From positions 66,508 through 130,507 of the forward strand of contig CAVYZZ010000006.1 of NCBI GenBank assembly GCA_963773115.1: a stretch of DNA of 64,000 nt, given 5' to 3'. Both the position numbers and the translations under genes were made by a program. Numbering within the stretch: position 1 is the stretch's first letter; each line of letters opens with the position of its first letter. This DNA comes from an uncultured Alphaproteobacteria bacterium. GTDB lineage: Bacteria > Pseudomonadota > Alphaproteobacteria > Rhizobiales > Xanthobacteraceae. This document shows, piece by piece, positions 17,132 to 28,571 of the stretch. Under the pieces are notes generated by a model. The model did not search any database, was not told where the DNA came from, and saw only the letters and a list, made by a program, of their open reading frames with translations.

Positions 17132-18157
17132 TCACGCCTCCGGCGCGTTGGACACCGCGATCAGGCGGTCGAGCTTGCCTTCCGCTTCGCCGCTGTCGAT
17201 GGCCTTGGCGGCGAGGGAAGCGCCTTCCTTCAGGTCCTTGGCTTTGCCGGCCACCACCAGCGCGGCCGCGGCATTGAGGATCGCCACGTCGCGGAACGCG
17301 CTTTTCTTGCCCTTGAGCACGTCGAGCAGCGCCTTGGCGTTGGTTTCGGCGTCGCCGCCGCGCAGCGCTTCCGGCTTGACGCGCGGAAGCCCTATGTCCT
17401 CCGGCGTGATCTCGAAGGTGCGGATCTTGCCCTTCTCCAGCGCCGCCACGCTGGTCGCGCCCGTGGTGGTGATCTCGTCGAGGCCGTCGGAGCCGTGCAC
17501 CACCCAGATGCTTTCCGAGCCGAGGTTCTTCAGCACCTGCGCCATCGGCTCGATCCACTGCCGCGAAAAGGCGCCGATCATCTGGCGCTTGACGCTGGCC
17601 GGGTTCGACAGCGGGCCCAGCAGATTGAAGATGGTGCGGGTGCCGAGCTCGACGCGGGTGGGGCCGACGTTTTTCATGGCCGGATGATGCGCCGGCGCGA
17701 ACATGAAGCCGATGCCGGCGTCGCGGATGCAGCGCGCGACCTTCTCGCCGGCAAGCTCGATGTTGACCCCGAGCGCGCCCAGCACGTCGGCGGCGCCCGA
17801 TTTCGACGACAGCGCCCGGTTGCCGTGCTTGGCCACCGGCACGCCGGCGCCCGCCACAATAAAGGCCGCGCAGGTCGAAATGTTGTACGAGCCGGAGGCA
17901 TCGCCGCCGGTGCCCACCACGTCGATGGCGTCGGGCGGCGCCTGCACGCCCAGCATCTTGGCGCGCATGGTGGTGACCGCGCCGGTGATCTCGTCGACTG
18001 TTTCGCCACGCACACGCAGCGCCATCAAGAGGCCGCCCATTTGCGAGGGCGTCGCTTCGCCCGACATCATGCGGTCGAAGGCGCCGGCGGCTTCCTCGCG
18101 GGTGAGGCTGGCGCCGGTCGCGACCTTGGCGATGAGCGCTTTGAATTCGTCGGCCAC
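17132..18157 (-). CDS. trpD: anthranilate phosphoribosyltransferase
   Basis: 341-aa ORF. ...MALRVRGET..., [33 protein letters not shown]. Confidence 0.95.
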   Translation of the reverse strand: MADEFKALIAKVATGASLTREEAAGAFDRMMSGEATPSQMGGLLMALRVRGETVDEITGAVTTMRAKMLGVQAPPDAIDVVGTGGDASGSYNISTCAAFIVAGAGVPVAKHGNRALSSKSGAADVLGALGVNIELAGEKVARCIRDAGIGFMFAPAHHPAMKNVGPTRVELGTRTIFNLLGPLSNPASVKRQMIGAFSRQWIEPMAQVLKNLGSESIWVVHGSDGLDEITTTGATSVAALEKGKIRTFEITPEDIGLPRVKPEALRGGDAETNAKALLDVLKGKKSAFRDVAILNAAAALVVAGKAKDLKEGASLAAKAIDSGEAEGKLDRLIAVSNAPEA

Positions 18158-18165
18158 GGCGCCCT

Positions 18166-18783
18166 CTATTCCGCCGCGTGCATCGCGGCCGCGCGCCGGC
18201 CGGTCTGCTTGTTCCAGGCGGCGGCGATGTCGAGAAAATTCTTCAGCATCAGATGGCCGTGTTCCGACGCGATGCTTTCGGGATGAAACTGCACGCCATG
18301 AACGGCCAATTTTTCATGTGCAAGCCCCATCACCAGGCCATCGTCGGTCTCGGCGTTAATCGTGAGCGCCTTCGGCACGCTTTTGCGCTCGACCACCAAC
18401 GAATGATAGCGCGTGGCTTGCAGCGGCCCGTTGATGCCGCGAAATACGCCGGTGCCACTGTGGCGGATCTCCGACAATTTGCCGTGCCGCGGCGTCGCCC
18501 GCACGATTTTGCCGCCGAAGGCCTGGCCGATCGCCTGATGGCCGAGGCAGACGCCGAGGATTGGAATGGTAGGTGCAGCCTTTTCGACGAGCGCGAGGCA
18601 GATGCCGGCGTCGTCCGGCGTGCCGGGGCCGGGCGAAAGCACGATCGCCTCGGGTGCCATCTTCATCACCTCGGCAACCGAAATCTTGTCGTTGCGGTGC
18701 ACGACGACGTCGGCTCCCAAGCTGCCCAGGTAATGGAACAGGTTGAAAGTGAAGCTGTCGTAATTGTCGATCAGGACGATCAT
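18166..18783 (-). CDS. trpG: anthranilate synthase component II (glutamine amidotransferase)
   Basis: ATG at 18783 gives [19 protein letters not shown]. Catalytic [12 protein letters not shown] and the His in GVQFHPES. The 16-aa upstream extension of the track ORF is unlikely. Confidence 0.93.
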   Translation of the reverse strand: MIVLIDNYDSFTFNLFHYLGSLGADVVVHRNDKISVAEVMKMAPEAIVLSPGPGTPDDAGICLALVEKAAPTIPILGVCLGHQAIGQAFGGKIVRATPRHGKLSEIRHSGTGVFRGINGPLQATRYHSLVVERKSVPKALTINAETDDGLVMGLAHEKLAVHGVQFHPESIASEHGHLMLKNFLDIAAAWNKQTGRRAAAMHAAE

Positions 18784-18805
18784 GTTTGCCCGCCGTATCA
18801 AGCTC

Positions 18806-19360
18806 TTAAGACCCATGGCGGGGAGGGTCAAGGCAGGCGGGCCAAGCGTAGCTACCCGAGCCGGCCACGAACCGATCCACCTGGGACCTGTCCGTCAGCC
18901 TTATCTTTGCGCCGTCAATGGCCTCGAAAAGGCGGAGATGGCCGGCGTGGGAATTAGCGTTCTGGCGCTCCCAATAGGCGGCGGCCCACGCGACCAATTC
19001 TGCGTGATCGGTTTCCGCCATATTTCGGCGCAAGCCGCGTTGCATCAGGCCGGCGCGACATTCCTCCCAAGGGATGTCGAGCCAGATCAACCCGGTCGCT
19101 TTTTGCAGCGCGATGCGGCAAAGCGCGCCGAAGACGCCTTCGATAACCCATGCTGGCTTGGCGGTAGCTTTTTCGACCAGGTTTCGCGCCAACATGTCGT
19201 CGCGCTTGGTGCCGTAGCTTTTTTCCTGCCAATAAACTTGATCGAGATCGACCAGCGGGAGCGCAAAGGCTTGCGCAATGCACTGGGCTACGTAGCTTTT
19301 TCCAGAACCGCTGTTTCCGGTGATGACGATTCGCTGGGCCTGGCCTGATTTGAATTCCAC
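18806..19360 (-). CDS. P-loop NTPase, adenylate-kinase/topology-modulation-like
   Basis: 184-aa ORF (GTG start). Walker A RIVITGNSGSGKS. Sits between trpE and trpG. GC looks lower than its neighbours by eye. Confidence 0.7.
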   Translation of the reverse strand: MEFKSGQAQRIVITGNSGSGKSYVAQCIAQAFALPLVDLDQVYWQEKSYGTKRDDMLARNLVEKATAKPAWVIEGVFGALCRIALQKATGLIWLDIPWEECRAGLMQRGLRRNMAETDHAELVAWAAAYWERQNANSHAGHLRLFEAIDGAKIRLTDRSQVDRFVAGSGSYAWPACLDPPRHGS

Positions 19361-19386
19361 GCGGGCGTCTTTCTATGCCGCGACGC

Positions 19387-20904
19387 CTACTGCCCGCGTT
19401 TGGCCTGGCTCGCGAAGCGCCGTGCCTCTTCGGCGGCGCGGAACAAGGCCTTCGCCTTGTTGATGCATTCCACCTGCTCATAATCAGGATCGCTGTCGGC
19501 GACGATGCCGGCGCCGGCCTGCACATACATGGTGCCGTTCTTCACCAGCGCGGTGCGCAGCACGATGCAGGTGTCCATCTCGCCGGCGGCGGAGAAATAG
19601 CCGACGCAGCCGGCATAGAGCCCGCGCTTTTCCTTCTCCAATTCGTCGATGATCTCCATGGCGCGCACTTTCGGCGCGCCCGAGACAGTGCCGGCGGGAA
19701 AGCCGCCGACCAGCGCATCGAGCGCGTCGTATTTCTCGTCGAGCTTGCCTTCCACGTTCGACACGATGTGCATGACGTGGCTGTAGCGCTCGACGAAGAA
19801 CTGATCGGTGACGGTGACGGTGCCGATTTTCGCCACGCGTCCGACATCGTTGCGGCCGAGATCGAGCAGCATCAGGTGTTCGGCGCGCTCCTTCGGATCG
19901 GCCAGCAGTTCTTCCTCCATCGCCTTGTCCTCGTGCGGCGTGTTGCCGCGCGCACGCGTGCCGGCGATCGGGCGGATCGTTACCCTGTCGCCTGAAACCT
20001 TCACCAGGATTTCCGGGCTGGAGCCGGCGACCGCGAAATCACCGTAATCGAGATAATAGAGATAAGGCGACGGATTGGTCCGCCGCAGCGCACGGTAGAG
20101 TGAGAACGCCGGCAGTTTGAACGGCGCCTCGAAGCGTTGCGCCAGCACGATTTGGAAGGCATCGCCCGCGGCGATGTATTCCTTGCCCTTCAGCACCATC
20201 GCCTTGTAGTCGTCCGGCGTTGTGTTTGATTGCATCGGCACGTCGAGCGGGCCTTCGTCGACGTCCGCCAGCGACTTGTCGAGCGGCCGGTCGAGCGCAT
20301 CGACCACGGCCGATAGCCGCTCGATCGCGCGCTTGAGCGCAGCCTTGGCGTCGACGCTTTTTTCCGGCCGAACTGGTGTCACCACCGTGAGCGCGTCCTT
20401 CACCGCGTCGAACACCACGATCAGCGTCGGGCGCACCAGAATGGCATCGGGAATGCCGATCGGGTCGGGATTGGGCGGCGGCAGTTCTTCCATCAGCCGC
20501 ACCATGTCGTAGCCGAGATAGCCGAACACGCCGGCCGCCATCGGCGGTAAGCTATCCGGTAAGGTGATGCGGCTTTCCGCGATCAGCGCGCGCAGCGCCG
20601 CGAGCGGCGGCTCGTTGAGTGGGGCGAAGGCGTCCGGTCTGCTGCGTGCCGCGCGGTTGACCTCGGCCTTGGTGCCGTTGGCGCGCCAGATCAGGTCGGG
20701 CTCCAGTCCGATAATCGAATAGCGCCCGCGCGCCTCGCCGCCCTCCACCGACTCCAGGAGGAAGCTCATCGGCTTGGAGCCGGCGATTTTCAGATAGGCT
20801 GAGACCGGCGTCTCCAGATCGGCGACCAGCGTCGTCCACACCACCTGCGCTTCGCCGCGGTTGTATGTTTCGGCAAAAGCGGTTTCCGGCGGCTCGATCT
20901 GCAT
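19387..20904 (-). CDS. trpE: anthranilate synthase component I
   Basis: Track ORF 19387..20931. ATG at 20904 (MQIEPPETAFAETYNRGEAQ...) avoids overlap with the ppiD stop. C-terminal chorismate-binding block ...GLYAGCVGYFSAAGEMDTCIVLRTALVKNGTMYVQAGAGIVADSDP. Confidence 0.92.
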   Translation of the reverse strand: MQIEPPETAFAETYNRGEAQVVWTTLVADLETPVSAYLKIAGSKPMSFLLESVEGGEARGRYSIIGLEPDLIWRANGTKAEVNRAARSRPDAFAPLNEPPLAALRALIAESRITLPDSLPPMAAGVFGYLGYDMVRLMEELPPPNPDPIGIPDAILVRPTLIVVFDAVKDALTVVTPVRPEKSVDAKAALKRAIERLSAVVDALDRPLDKSLADVDEGPLDVPMQSNTTPDDYKAMVLKGKEYIAAGDAFQIVLAQRFEAPFKLPAFSLYRALRRTNPSPYLYYLDYGDFAVAGSSPEILVKVSGDRVTIRPIAGTRARGNTPHEDKAMEEELLADPKERAEHLMLLDLGRNDVGRVAKIGTVTVTDQFFVERYSHVMHIVSNVEGKLDEKYDALDALVGGFPAGTVSGAPKVRAMEIIDELEKEKRGLYAGCVGYFSAAGEMDTCIVLRTALVKNGTMYVQAGAGIVADSDPDYEQVECINKAKALFRAAEEARRFASQAKRGQ

Positions 20905-20911
20905 GAGGCTG

Positions 20912-22819
20912 CTATTGCCTGGCGCCGCCAACGACCTGATTCACCAGCGACGTATTGATGTCGACGCCGAAGTCGCGTTCGAGCTGCGCGATATATTCGC
21001 CGGTGATGTCGTCGGCGTAGGAACTTTCCAGCGACGCCGCGATGCCCTTGCCCTCCGTCGAAGCGGGATCGAGCTTCGGTTCGGTGACGCCGGTCACGCG
21101 GAACACGTAGCGTTCGGTTGCTTGTTTGCCGTCGGAAACGCCGGGTGTGTCTTTCGGCGTGCTGAACACCGCTTGGATCAGTTTCTCCGGCAGGAACCCC
21201 GCCGGCTTGCCGCGCTGCAGGCCGCCTTCTTTTTGCACCTGGAGCCCAGAGTCAGTCGCAAGCTGTGCCAGCGTGCTGCCGCTTTTGAGCTTACCGACCA
21301 TTTCGTCGGTCTTGGCTTTCAGCCGCTTGGCGATCTCGGCATCGCGCCACTGCTGCTCGACTTTTCCCTTCACCTCGTCGAGCGTGCGCTCGCGCGAGGG
21401 CGTGATGCCGGTGACGTCGTAATAGAGAACGCCGCCGCCCGGCAATCTCAGCGCGTCGTTGTCGACGCCGACGTCGCTGGCGAAGGCGGCAGCCGCCATG
21501 TTCGGTTGTGTCGGCAGGTCGGGGACCGCGTTGCCGTCGGGACCGCGCCCGGATCGGTCGATGGCGTCGATGACGCGCGCCTTAAGGCCGAGTTTCTGGC
21601 CGGCTTCGACGAGCGTGGAGCCGGCCGCGCGCTCGTCCTCGATCTTGTCGCGCAGATCGTCAATCTGGATTTTGGCGTGGCTCTCGGCAATCTGGCGCTT
21701 GATCTGCGGCGCCACCTCGTCATAGCCCTTCTGTGCGCCGGGCTCGATCTTACCCGTCGTCACCAGCACGGTGCCGAACGCGCCTTGGATCGGTTGGCTG
21801 ACCTCGCCGGGCTTGAGCGAGAAGGCGGCGTCGGCGATGGCCGGGACGATGATCGCGCTCTTCGTCACCATGCCGAGATCGGTGTCGGACGCTTTCAAGC
21901 CGCGATCCTTGGCGAGATCGGCGAAGCTCTTGCCCTTGTCGATCTGTTCGCGCGCGGCTTTGGCTTCCTCTGCGCTGGGGAAGACGATCTGTTTGATCTC
22001 GCGCTTCTCCGGCTTGCCGAACTCGCTCTTGTGGTCCTCGTAATATTTCTTGGCGTCGGCGTCGGTCACCGCATCCGGCTTGGCGATCGCCGCCGGCGAC
22101 AGCGCGAGCAGAGTAACCTTGCGGTATTCCGGGGCGCGGAACAGCACCTTGTGCGCCTGGAAATATGTGTCGAGGTCGGCCGAGGTCGGCGCGGGGATAT
22201 CGCCGGCCTGTGCCGGGCCCAGCGCCAGGTAATCGATCGAACGCTTCTCGTTGCGGAACTGATCGATGGCCGTCATGGCCGCGCGTGGAATATGCAATCC
22301 ACCGGAGATGCTTTGCGCGATCTGCCGGCGCAACATCAGTCGCCGCTGCTCGTCTACGAAGCGTGCTTCGTTGTAACCGGCCTCGCGGATCAGTTCTTCA
22401 AAACGGGCGCGGTCGAACTGACCGGTAAGCCCGCGGAAAGTCGGATCGTTGGTGATGCGCTTGGCGACTTCGGCATTGCTGACGCCGAGCCCGAGGGCCT
22501 TGGCCTGTTCATCGAGCGTGGTTTCGGCCACCAGGCGGCCGATCAATTGCCGGTCGATCCCGCGCGCGCGGGCCTGATCGGGTGTGATTTGCTGGCCCAG
22601 CCGGCGGCTGAGCTGACGCAGCTGGTCGGTATAATATTCGCGCAGCTGTTCAAGCGAGATCTCGGTGCGGCCGATCGTGATCGCGGCGTTTTGCCCGAAT
22701 CCGCGGAAGATGTCGCCGATGCCCCAGATCGCGAAGCTGATGACCAGGAAGCCCATGATGACGGCCATGACGGCCTTGCCGAGCCAGGTCGAGGAGGCGT
22801 TGTGGATACCGCGGAGCAT
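20912..22819 (-). CDS. ppiD: PpiD-like periplasmic chaperone / peptidyl-prolyl isomerase (SurA N-terminal domain family)
   Basis: 635-aa ORF. N-terminal anchor MLRGIHNASSTWLGKAVMAVIMGFLVISFAIWGIGDIF, a long chaperone-like region and a parvulin-like middle section. Confidence 0.85.
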   Translation of the reverse strand: MLRGIHNASSTWLGKAVMAVIMGFLVISFAIWGIGDIFRGFGQNAAITIGRTEISLEQLREYYTDQLRQLSRRLGQQITPDQARARGIDRQLIGRLVAETTLDEQAKALGLGVSNAEVAKRITNDPTFRGLTGQFDRARFEELIREAGYNEARFVDEQRRLMLRRQIAQSISGGLHIPRAAMTAIDQFRNEKRSIDYLALGPAQAGDIPAPTSADLDTYFQAHKVLFRAPEYRKVTLLALSPAAIAKPDAVTDADAKKYYEDHKSEFGKPEKREIKQIVFPSAEEAKAAREQIDKGKSFADLAKDRGLKASDTDLGMVTKSAIIVPAIADAAFSLKPGEVSQPIQGAFGTVLVTTGKIEPGAQKGYDEVAPQIKRQIAESHAKIQIDDLRDKIEDERAAGSTLVEAGQKLGLKARVIDAIDRSGRGPDGNAVPDLPTQPNMAAAAFASDVGVDNDALRLPGGGVLYYDVTGITPSRERTLDEVKGKVEQQWRDAEIAKRLKAKTDEMVGKLKSGSTLAQLATDSGLQVQKEGGLQRGKPAGFLPEKLIQAVFSTPKDTPGVSDGKQATERYVFRVTGVTEPKLDPASTEGKGIAASLESSYADDITGEYIAQLERDFGVDINTSLVNQVVGGARQ

Positions 22820-22995
22820 GCGCGCACTTTTTCTCGAATAAGGCCGAATAAGGCGATGACTGGATGAAGGGATGATGGCGCCCTTATAGGGAGCGAGCCA
22901 ACTCCTTGCAACTCAAGAAGGATCGGCTTTCATGCGGCCCGTACTGGCGCGTCGCCTGCCGGTCTGATAACCGCACGCGCAAAAGGACTTAAGCG

Positions 22996-23748
22996 ATGGC
23001 GGGCGCCGCTCCCCGCCCGCTGGTGGCGGGCAATTGGAAGATGCACGGGCTTGCCGCCTCCGCGGCCGAGCTCGCCAAGATCACCGCCGGCGCCGCCGGC
23101 GTCCAATGCGATCTGATGGTGTGCCCGCCGGCGACGTTGATTGCGCGCTTTGCCGCAACCGCAACTGGCTCGGCGGTCTTAATCGGCGGCCAGGACTGCC
23201 ATCCTGATGTCTCAGGCGCCCATACCGGGGATATCTCGGCCGAGATGCTGGCGGACGCCGGCGCCCGCGCGGTGATCGTCGGCCATTCCGAGCGGCGCGC
23301 CGACCACCACGAAAGCGACGCGCAAGTGCGGGCCAAGGCATTAGCCGCCTGGCGGGCCGGGCTGACCGCGATTGTCTGCGTCGGCGAACAAAAGGCCGAG
23401 CGCGAAGCTGGCAAGACGCTAGCCATCGTCGGGCGCCAGCTCGACGGCTCGCTGCCGGACGGCGCCACCGGCGCCACACTGGTGGTCGCTTACGAGCCGG
23501 TCTGGGCGATCGGCAGCGGCCTGACCCCCACGCCGGCCGACGTGGCCGAGGTCCATGGTTTCATCCGCAAACGGCTGGGCGAACGCTTCGGCCCCGAGGG
23601 CCCTCGCATCCGCATCCTCTATGGCGGCTCGGTGAAACCCTCCAACGCCAAGGAACTGCTGACGGTTGCCGAGGTGAATGGCGCCCTGGTTGGTGGTGCC
23701 AGCCTGAAAGCCGACGATTTCCTTGGCATCGCGGCTGTTTACCGGTGA
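22996..23748 (+). CDS. tpiA: triosephosphate isomerase
   Basis: 250-aa [37 protein letters not shown]. Confidence 0.96.
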   Translation: MAGAAPRPLVAGNWKMHGLAASAAELAKITAGAAGVQCDLMVCPPATLIARFAATATGSAVLIGGQDCHPDVSGAHTGDISAEMLADAGARAVIVGHSERRADHHESDAQVRAKALAAWRAGLTAIVCVGEQKAEREAGKTLAIVGRQLDGSLPDGATGATLVVAYEPVWAIGSGLTPTPADVAEVHGFIRKRLGERFGPEGPRIRILYGGSVKPSNAKELLTVAEVNGALVGGASLKADDFLGIAAVYR

Positions 23749-23918
23749 GGCGGGGCAGGGTGGAAAAGGCCGGAACTATCGTGTAGAGACCGCGGCGAAT
23801 TCTTGAGTTAGGTGCCGGGTTCACCTTCAGTTTTCCTTGATCGGCCTCTATCGGCCTCTATATGACCGGCGTGGCGGCCACCCGGGCGGTGCCGCCCGTT
23901 TGAACGGATTTTGACTGC

Positions 23919-24338
23919 ATGCAGCACGTCGTCATCGTCGTCCACCTGATGCTGGTGCTCGCCCTGATCGGCGTGGTGTTGCTGCAGCGCTCCGAAGGCG
24001 GTGGGCTCGGTATCGGCGGCGGCGGCGGCTTCATGACCAGCCGCGGCACCGCCAATGTGCTCACGCGCGCGACCGCGATCCTGGCCGGCTTGTTTTTCGT
24101 GACCAGCCTGGTGCTCTCGATCTTGGCCGGCATGAACCGCAAACCGACCTCAATTCTGCAAGGCAGCCAAAGCGCGCCGACGGCGCCGGCACCCGGAACG
24201 GCGCCGCCGCTGGGCGGCGGCAGCGGCGGTCTGCTCAAGCAATTGCAGCAAGGCGCGCCGGGCTCGCAAGCACCCGCGCCAGCTGCGCCTGCCGCCCCCG
24301 CGGCTCCGTCCGGGCCGCAGGTGCCGCAGTCGAAATGA
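23919..24338 (+). CDS. secG: preprotein translocase subunit SecG
   Basis: 139-aa ORF. Two TM segments flanking LLQRSEGGGLGIGGGGGFMTSRG, plus an Ala/Pro-rich tail. Confidence 0.9.
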   Translation: MQHVVIVVHLMLVLALIGVVLLQRSEGGGLGIGGGGGFMTSRGTANVLTRATAILAGLFFVTSLVLSILAGMNRKPTSILQGSQSAPTAPAPGTAPPLGGGSGGLLKQLQQGAPGSQAPAPAAPAAPAAPSGPQVPQSK

Positions 24339-24352
24339 CGAAACCTCAGGAG

Positions 24353-24370
24353 GGGCCGGGAAACCGGCCC
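24353..24370 (+). terminator. GC stem-loop after secG (weak T tract)
   Basis: GGGCCGG-gaaa-CCGGCCC, 15 nt after the secG stop and followed only by TT. Confidence 0.3.
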
Positions 24371-24530
24371 TTCCGCGTTATGGGAAGCAATATGGAACCG
24401 TGCGGCGCGAGTTCGTTGTGATGGGCCAAGTGAGCAAACCGATGCCAGCAACTGCGGCTTGCGGAGCTACGCACAGATGCGGGGCGGCTTTGCGGTTTTC
24501 GCGCTCGTCGAATTGATTCGGGAGGGCTAA

Positions 24531-26171
<1,641 letters not shown>

Positions 26172-26343
26172 CCTTTACCGGTTTTTATCACGCGAAAGCG
26201 CCGCCGGCGGCGACGTCCGGGCGCGGTGTTTATGCCGGAACGCATGCAGCTCGCCGAAAATATTACGCCGTTGTTACGCCGGAAGTCACACCATGGCGGC
26301 GTTTCTTATTCGTAAATATCCCCGACTCCGAGGACAACGCACC

Positions 26344-26568
26344 ATGCGTCACCTTATCACTGCCGTCGCTGCGATCGCGGCCGCCGGAATGATCTCTTCG
26401 ACGGCCGTTCGTGCCGAGCCGCTGTTCGAGCCGGACGGGCCCGCCAAGATCGGCGAAATGTGCGTCGTGAATACCGACGAAAATGGCAACGCCAGCTTTG
26501 GCTACCTCGCGGGCTGCCCGAATGAGGCAGTACACGCCGCCAAGCGCACCAAGAAAGCGAAGTCGTAA
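26344..26568 (+). CDS. small hypothetical secreted protein
   Basis: ATG 26344 about 10 nt after GAGGA gives MRHLITAVAAIAAAGMISSTAVRAEP (signal peptide), 74 aa with 2 Cys and a basic tail. It is the 3' part of track ORF 25912..26568, whose 5' part is an off-frame read of pyrG. Confidence 0.5.
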   Translation: MRHLITAVAAIAAAGMISSTAVRAEPLFEPDGPAKIGEMCVVNTDENGNASFGYLAGCPNEAVHAAKRTKKAKS

Positions 26569-26736
26569 GTACAAGTTGACTGACCGCATTCCGCCCCCAC
26601 GAGTGCGGTGGATTGCCGGCCGCGGTCGGCGCGAGGAAAACCTCGCGCCCGGGCGCGGCCGGTTTTTGTTTTTCGCAGCCGACTGCGGCATCATGAGCGG
26701 CCGGCGCCGGAGCCGGCGCGATGTGGATGCATGCCC

Positions 26737-27604
26737 ATGGCGCGCGGCCTCGACCATATCGTTCATGCTGTGCGTGATCTCGACGCCGCGGCCGCGCTCT
26801 ATCGCGATCTCGGTTTTACCGTCGGCGCGCGCAACCGCCACCCATGGGGCACGCATAACCACATCGTGCAGTTCCCCGGCTGCTTCATCGAACTGCTGAC
26901 ACTGGCCGAACCGGACAAGCTCGGCGCCGACGGCTTCTCGGTTTTGTTCGGCGCCTACACCGGCGATTTCCTCAAGCGCCACGAGGGACTGTCGCTGCTG
27001 ATTCTGGAGTCGCGCGATGCGGCCGCCGACGAAGCGGCGTTCCGCGCCGCACGGATAGCCGCCTCCGAGGTGATGCGTTTCGAGCGCGAGGGCAAGCGGC
27101 CGGATGGCGCGGCCGTCAAGCTAGGTTTCTCGCTCGCCTTCGCCGACGATACGCTTGCGCCCGACATCCATTTCGCCACTTGCCAGCAGCATTATCCGGA
27201 AAAATTTCTGGAACCCGGCGTTTCAAAAACACGCCAACAGCGTCTCCGGCATTGCTGGCGTCGTTGCCGTCGCCGCGGCGCCGACACGTCACCTCGCATT
27301 CATGCAGGCCTTCGCCGGTGCAACGGCCGAGCGCGCCGACGGCGATGGTTTCATGCTTGTCACCCCGCGCGGAACGATCGAGGTGGTGACGCCGGCCGCA
27401 TTCGTCGCCCGCTTCGGCGTGGCGGCGCCGGACGTTGCGCGCGGCGCCCGTCTGGCGGCGCTGTGCTTTACCGCCGCCGATGCCGGCCTTCTGCAAGCGG
27501 CGCCCGAGCAGGCTGGCATTGCCGGCCTCTACGCCGGAAATGCCACGGTGATCGGCGCGGAGGATGCGATGGGCGCGGTGCTGGTCTTCGAACCGGGGCG
27601 TTGA
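26737..27604 (+). pseudogene. VOC (glyoxalase-like) family gene interrupted by a +1 frameshift in an A5 run
   Basis: Frame 1 (part of ORF 26608..27843): MARGLDHIVHAVRDLDAAAALYRDLGFTV...HFATCQQHYPE. Frame 2 (ORF 27155..27604): ..NFWNPAFQKHANSVSGIAGVV...AVLVFEPGR stop. The join lies at ccggAAAAAtttctgg (A-run 27200-27204); deleting one A restores QQHYPENFWNPAF. Confidence 0.7.
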
Positions 27605-27613
27605 CCGGGCGGC

Positions 27614-28492
27614 TTGCCCGTTTCATGGTCCGCCCCGCGAGGACCAACCTTGGACAAAAGCCTGCTGCCCAACGCCAGCGTCACGGTCGGGACAGTCCGC
27701 TTCGGCAACGACTTGCCGCTGGCGCTGATCGCCGGCCCCTGTGCGCTCGAAAGCCGCGCGCACGCACTCGAAATGGCGACGGCGCTCAAGGAGATCGCCG
27801 GCAAAGTCGGCGTTGGCCTCATCTACAAGACATCGTTCGATAAGGCCAACCGCACCTCGGCGGCAAGCGGCCGCGGCATCGGGCTCGACGCGGCGCTGCC
27901 AATCTTCGCCGAGATACACGACACGCTTAAAGTGCCGGTGCTCACCGACGTGCACGAAGCCGGCCAATGCGCGCACGTGGCGCAAGCGGTGGACGTGTTA
28001 CAAATTCCGGCGTTCCTTTGCCGGCAGACCGATCTGTTGATCGCCGCCGCCAGAACCGGTCGCGCGGTCAACGTCAAGAAAGGCCAGTTCCTGGCGCCTT
28101 GGGACATGAAGAACGTGGTCGAGAAAATTACCGGCGCCGGCAACCGCAACGTGCTGGTGACCGAGCGTGGCGTCAGTTTCGGCTACAACACGCTGGTCTC
28201 CGACCTGCGCGCGCTGCCGATCCTCAAGCGCGAGACCGGGGCGCCGGTCATCTTCGATGCCACCCATTCGGTGCAGCAGCCGGGCGGGCAGGGCGACCGG
28301 TCGGGCGGTGAGCGCGAGTTCGTCCCGGTGCTGGCGCGGGCGGCGGTGGCGGTCGGCGTCGCCGGGGTGTTCATCGAGACCCACCAGGATCCGGACCGCG
28401 CGCCGTCCGACGGCCCCAACATGCTGCCGCTCAAGGACATGGAACCGCTGTTGCGCCAACTGGTCGAATTCGACCGGCTGGCCAAGCGCTGA
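27614..28492 (+). CDS. kdsA: 3-deoxy-8-phosphooctulonate synthase
   Basis: 292-aa ORF from TTG 27614; an in-frame TTG at 27650 is also possible. [43 protein letters not shown]. Confidence 0.93.
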   Translation: MPVSWSAPRGPTLDKSLLPNASVTVGTVRFGNDLPLALIAGPCALESRAHALEMATALKEIAGKVGVGLIYKTSFDKANRTSAASGRGIGLDAALPIFAEIHDTLKVPVLTDVHEAGQCAHVAQAVDVLQIPAFLCRQTDLLIAAARTGRAVNVKKGQFLAPWDMKNVVEKITGAGNRNVLVTERGVSFGYNTLVSDLRALPILKRETGAPVIFDATHSVQQPGGQGDRSGGEREFVPVLARAAVAVGVAGVFIETHQDPDRAPSDGPNMLPLKDMEPLLRQLVEFDRLAKR

Positions 28493-28508
28493 GCTGAGGC
28501 GGCGCACG

Positions 28509-28557
28509 GCGCATGATCCCGAAAAGTGGGAACCGGTTTTCGGATAAGTTCATGCGC
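28509..28557. repeat. 49-bp palindromic intergenic element, copy 3 (inverted relative to copies 1-2)
   Basis: GCGCATGATCccgaaaagtgggaaccggttttcggataagTTCATGCGC, 17 nt after the kdsA stop and before the MFS gene. Confidence 0.85.
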
Positions 28558-28571
28558 AAGAAAAAAGCCGC

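Noticed and set aside
23841-23860. Tandem 10-mer tcggcctcta x2 upstream of secG
   Set aside because: Only two copies, with no associated structure or motif. It is too small to interpret and may be a replication-slippage duplication.
26608-27843. 411-aa ORF as a single intact protein
   Set aside because: After residue about 198 it turns into Arg-rich nonsense and overlaps kdsA. The true continuation is in the -1 frame (see the frameshift finding).
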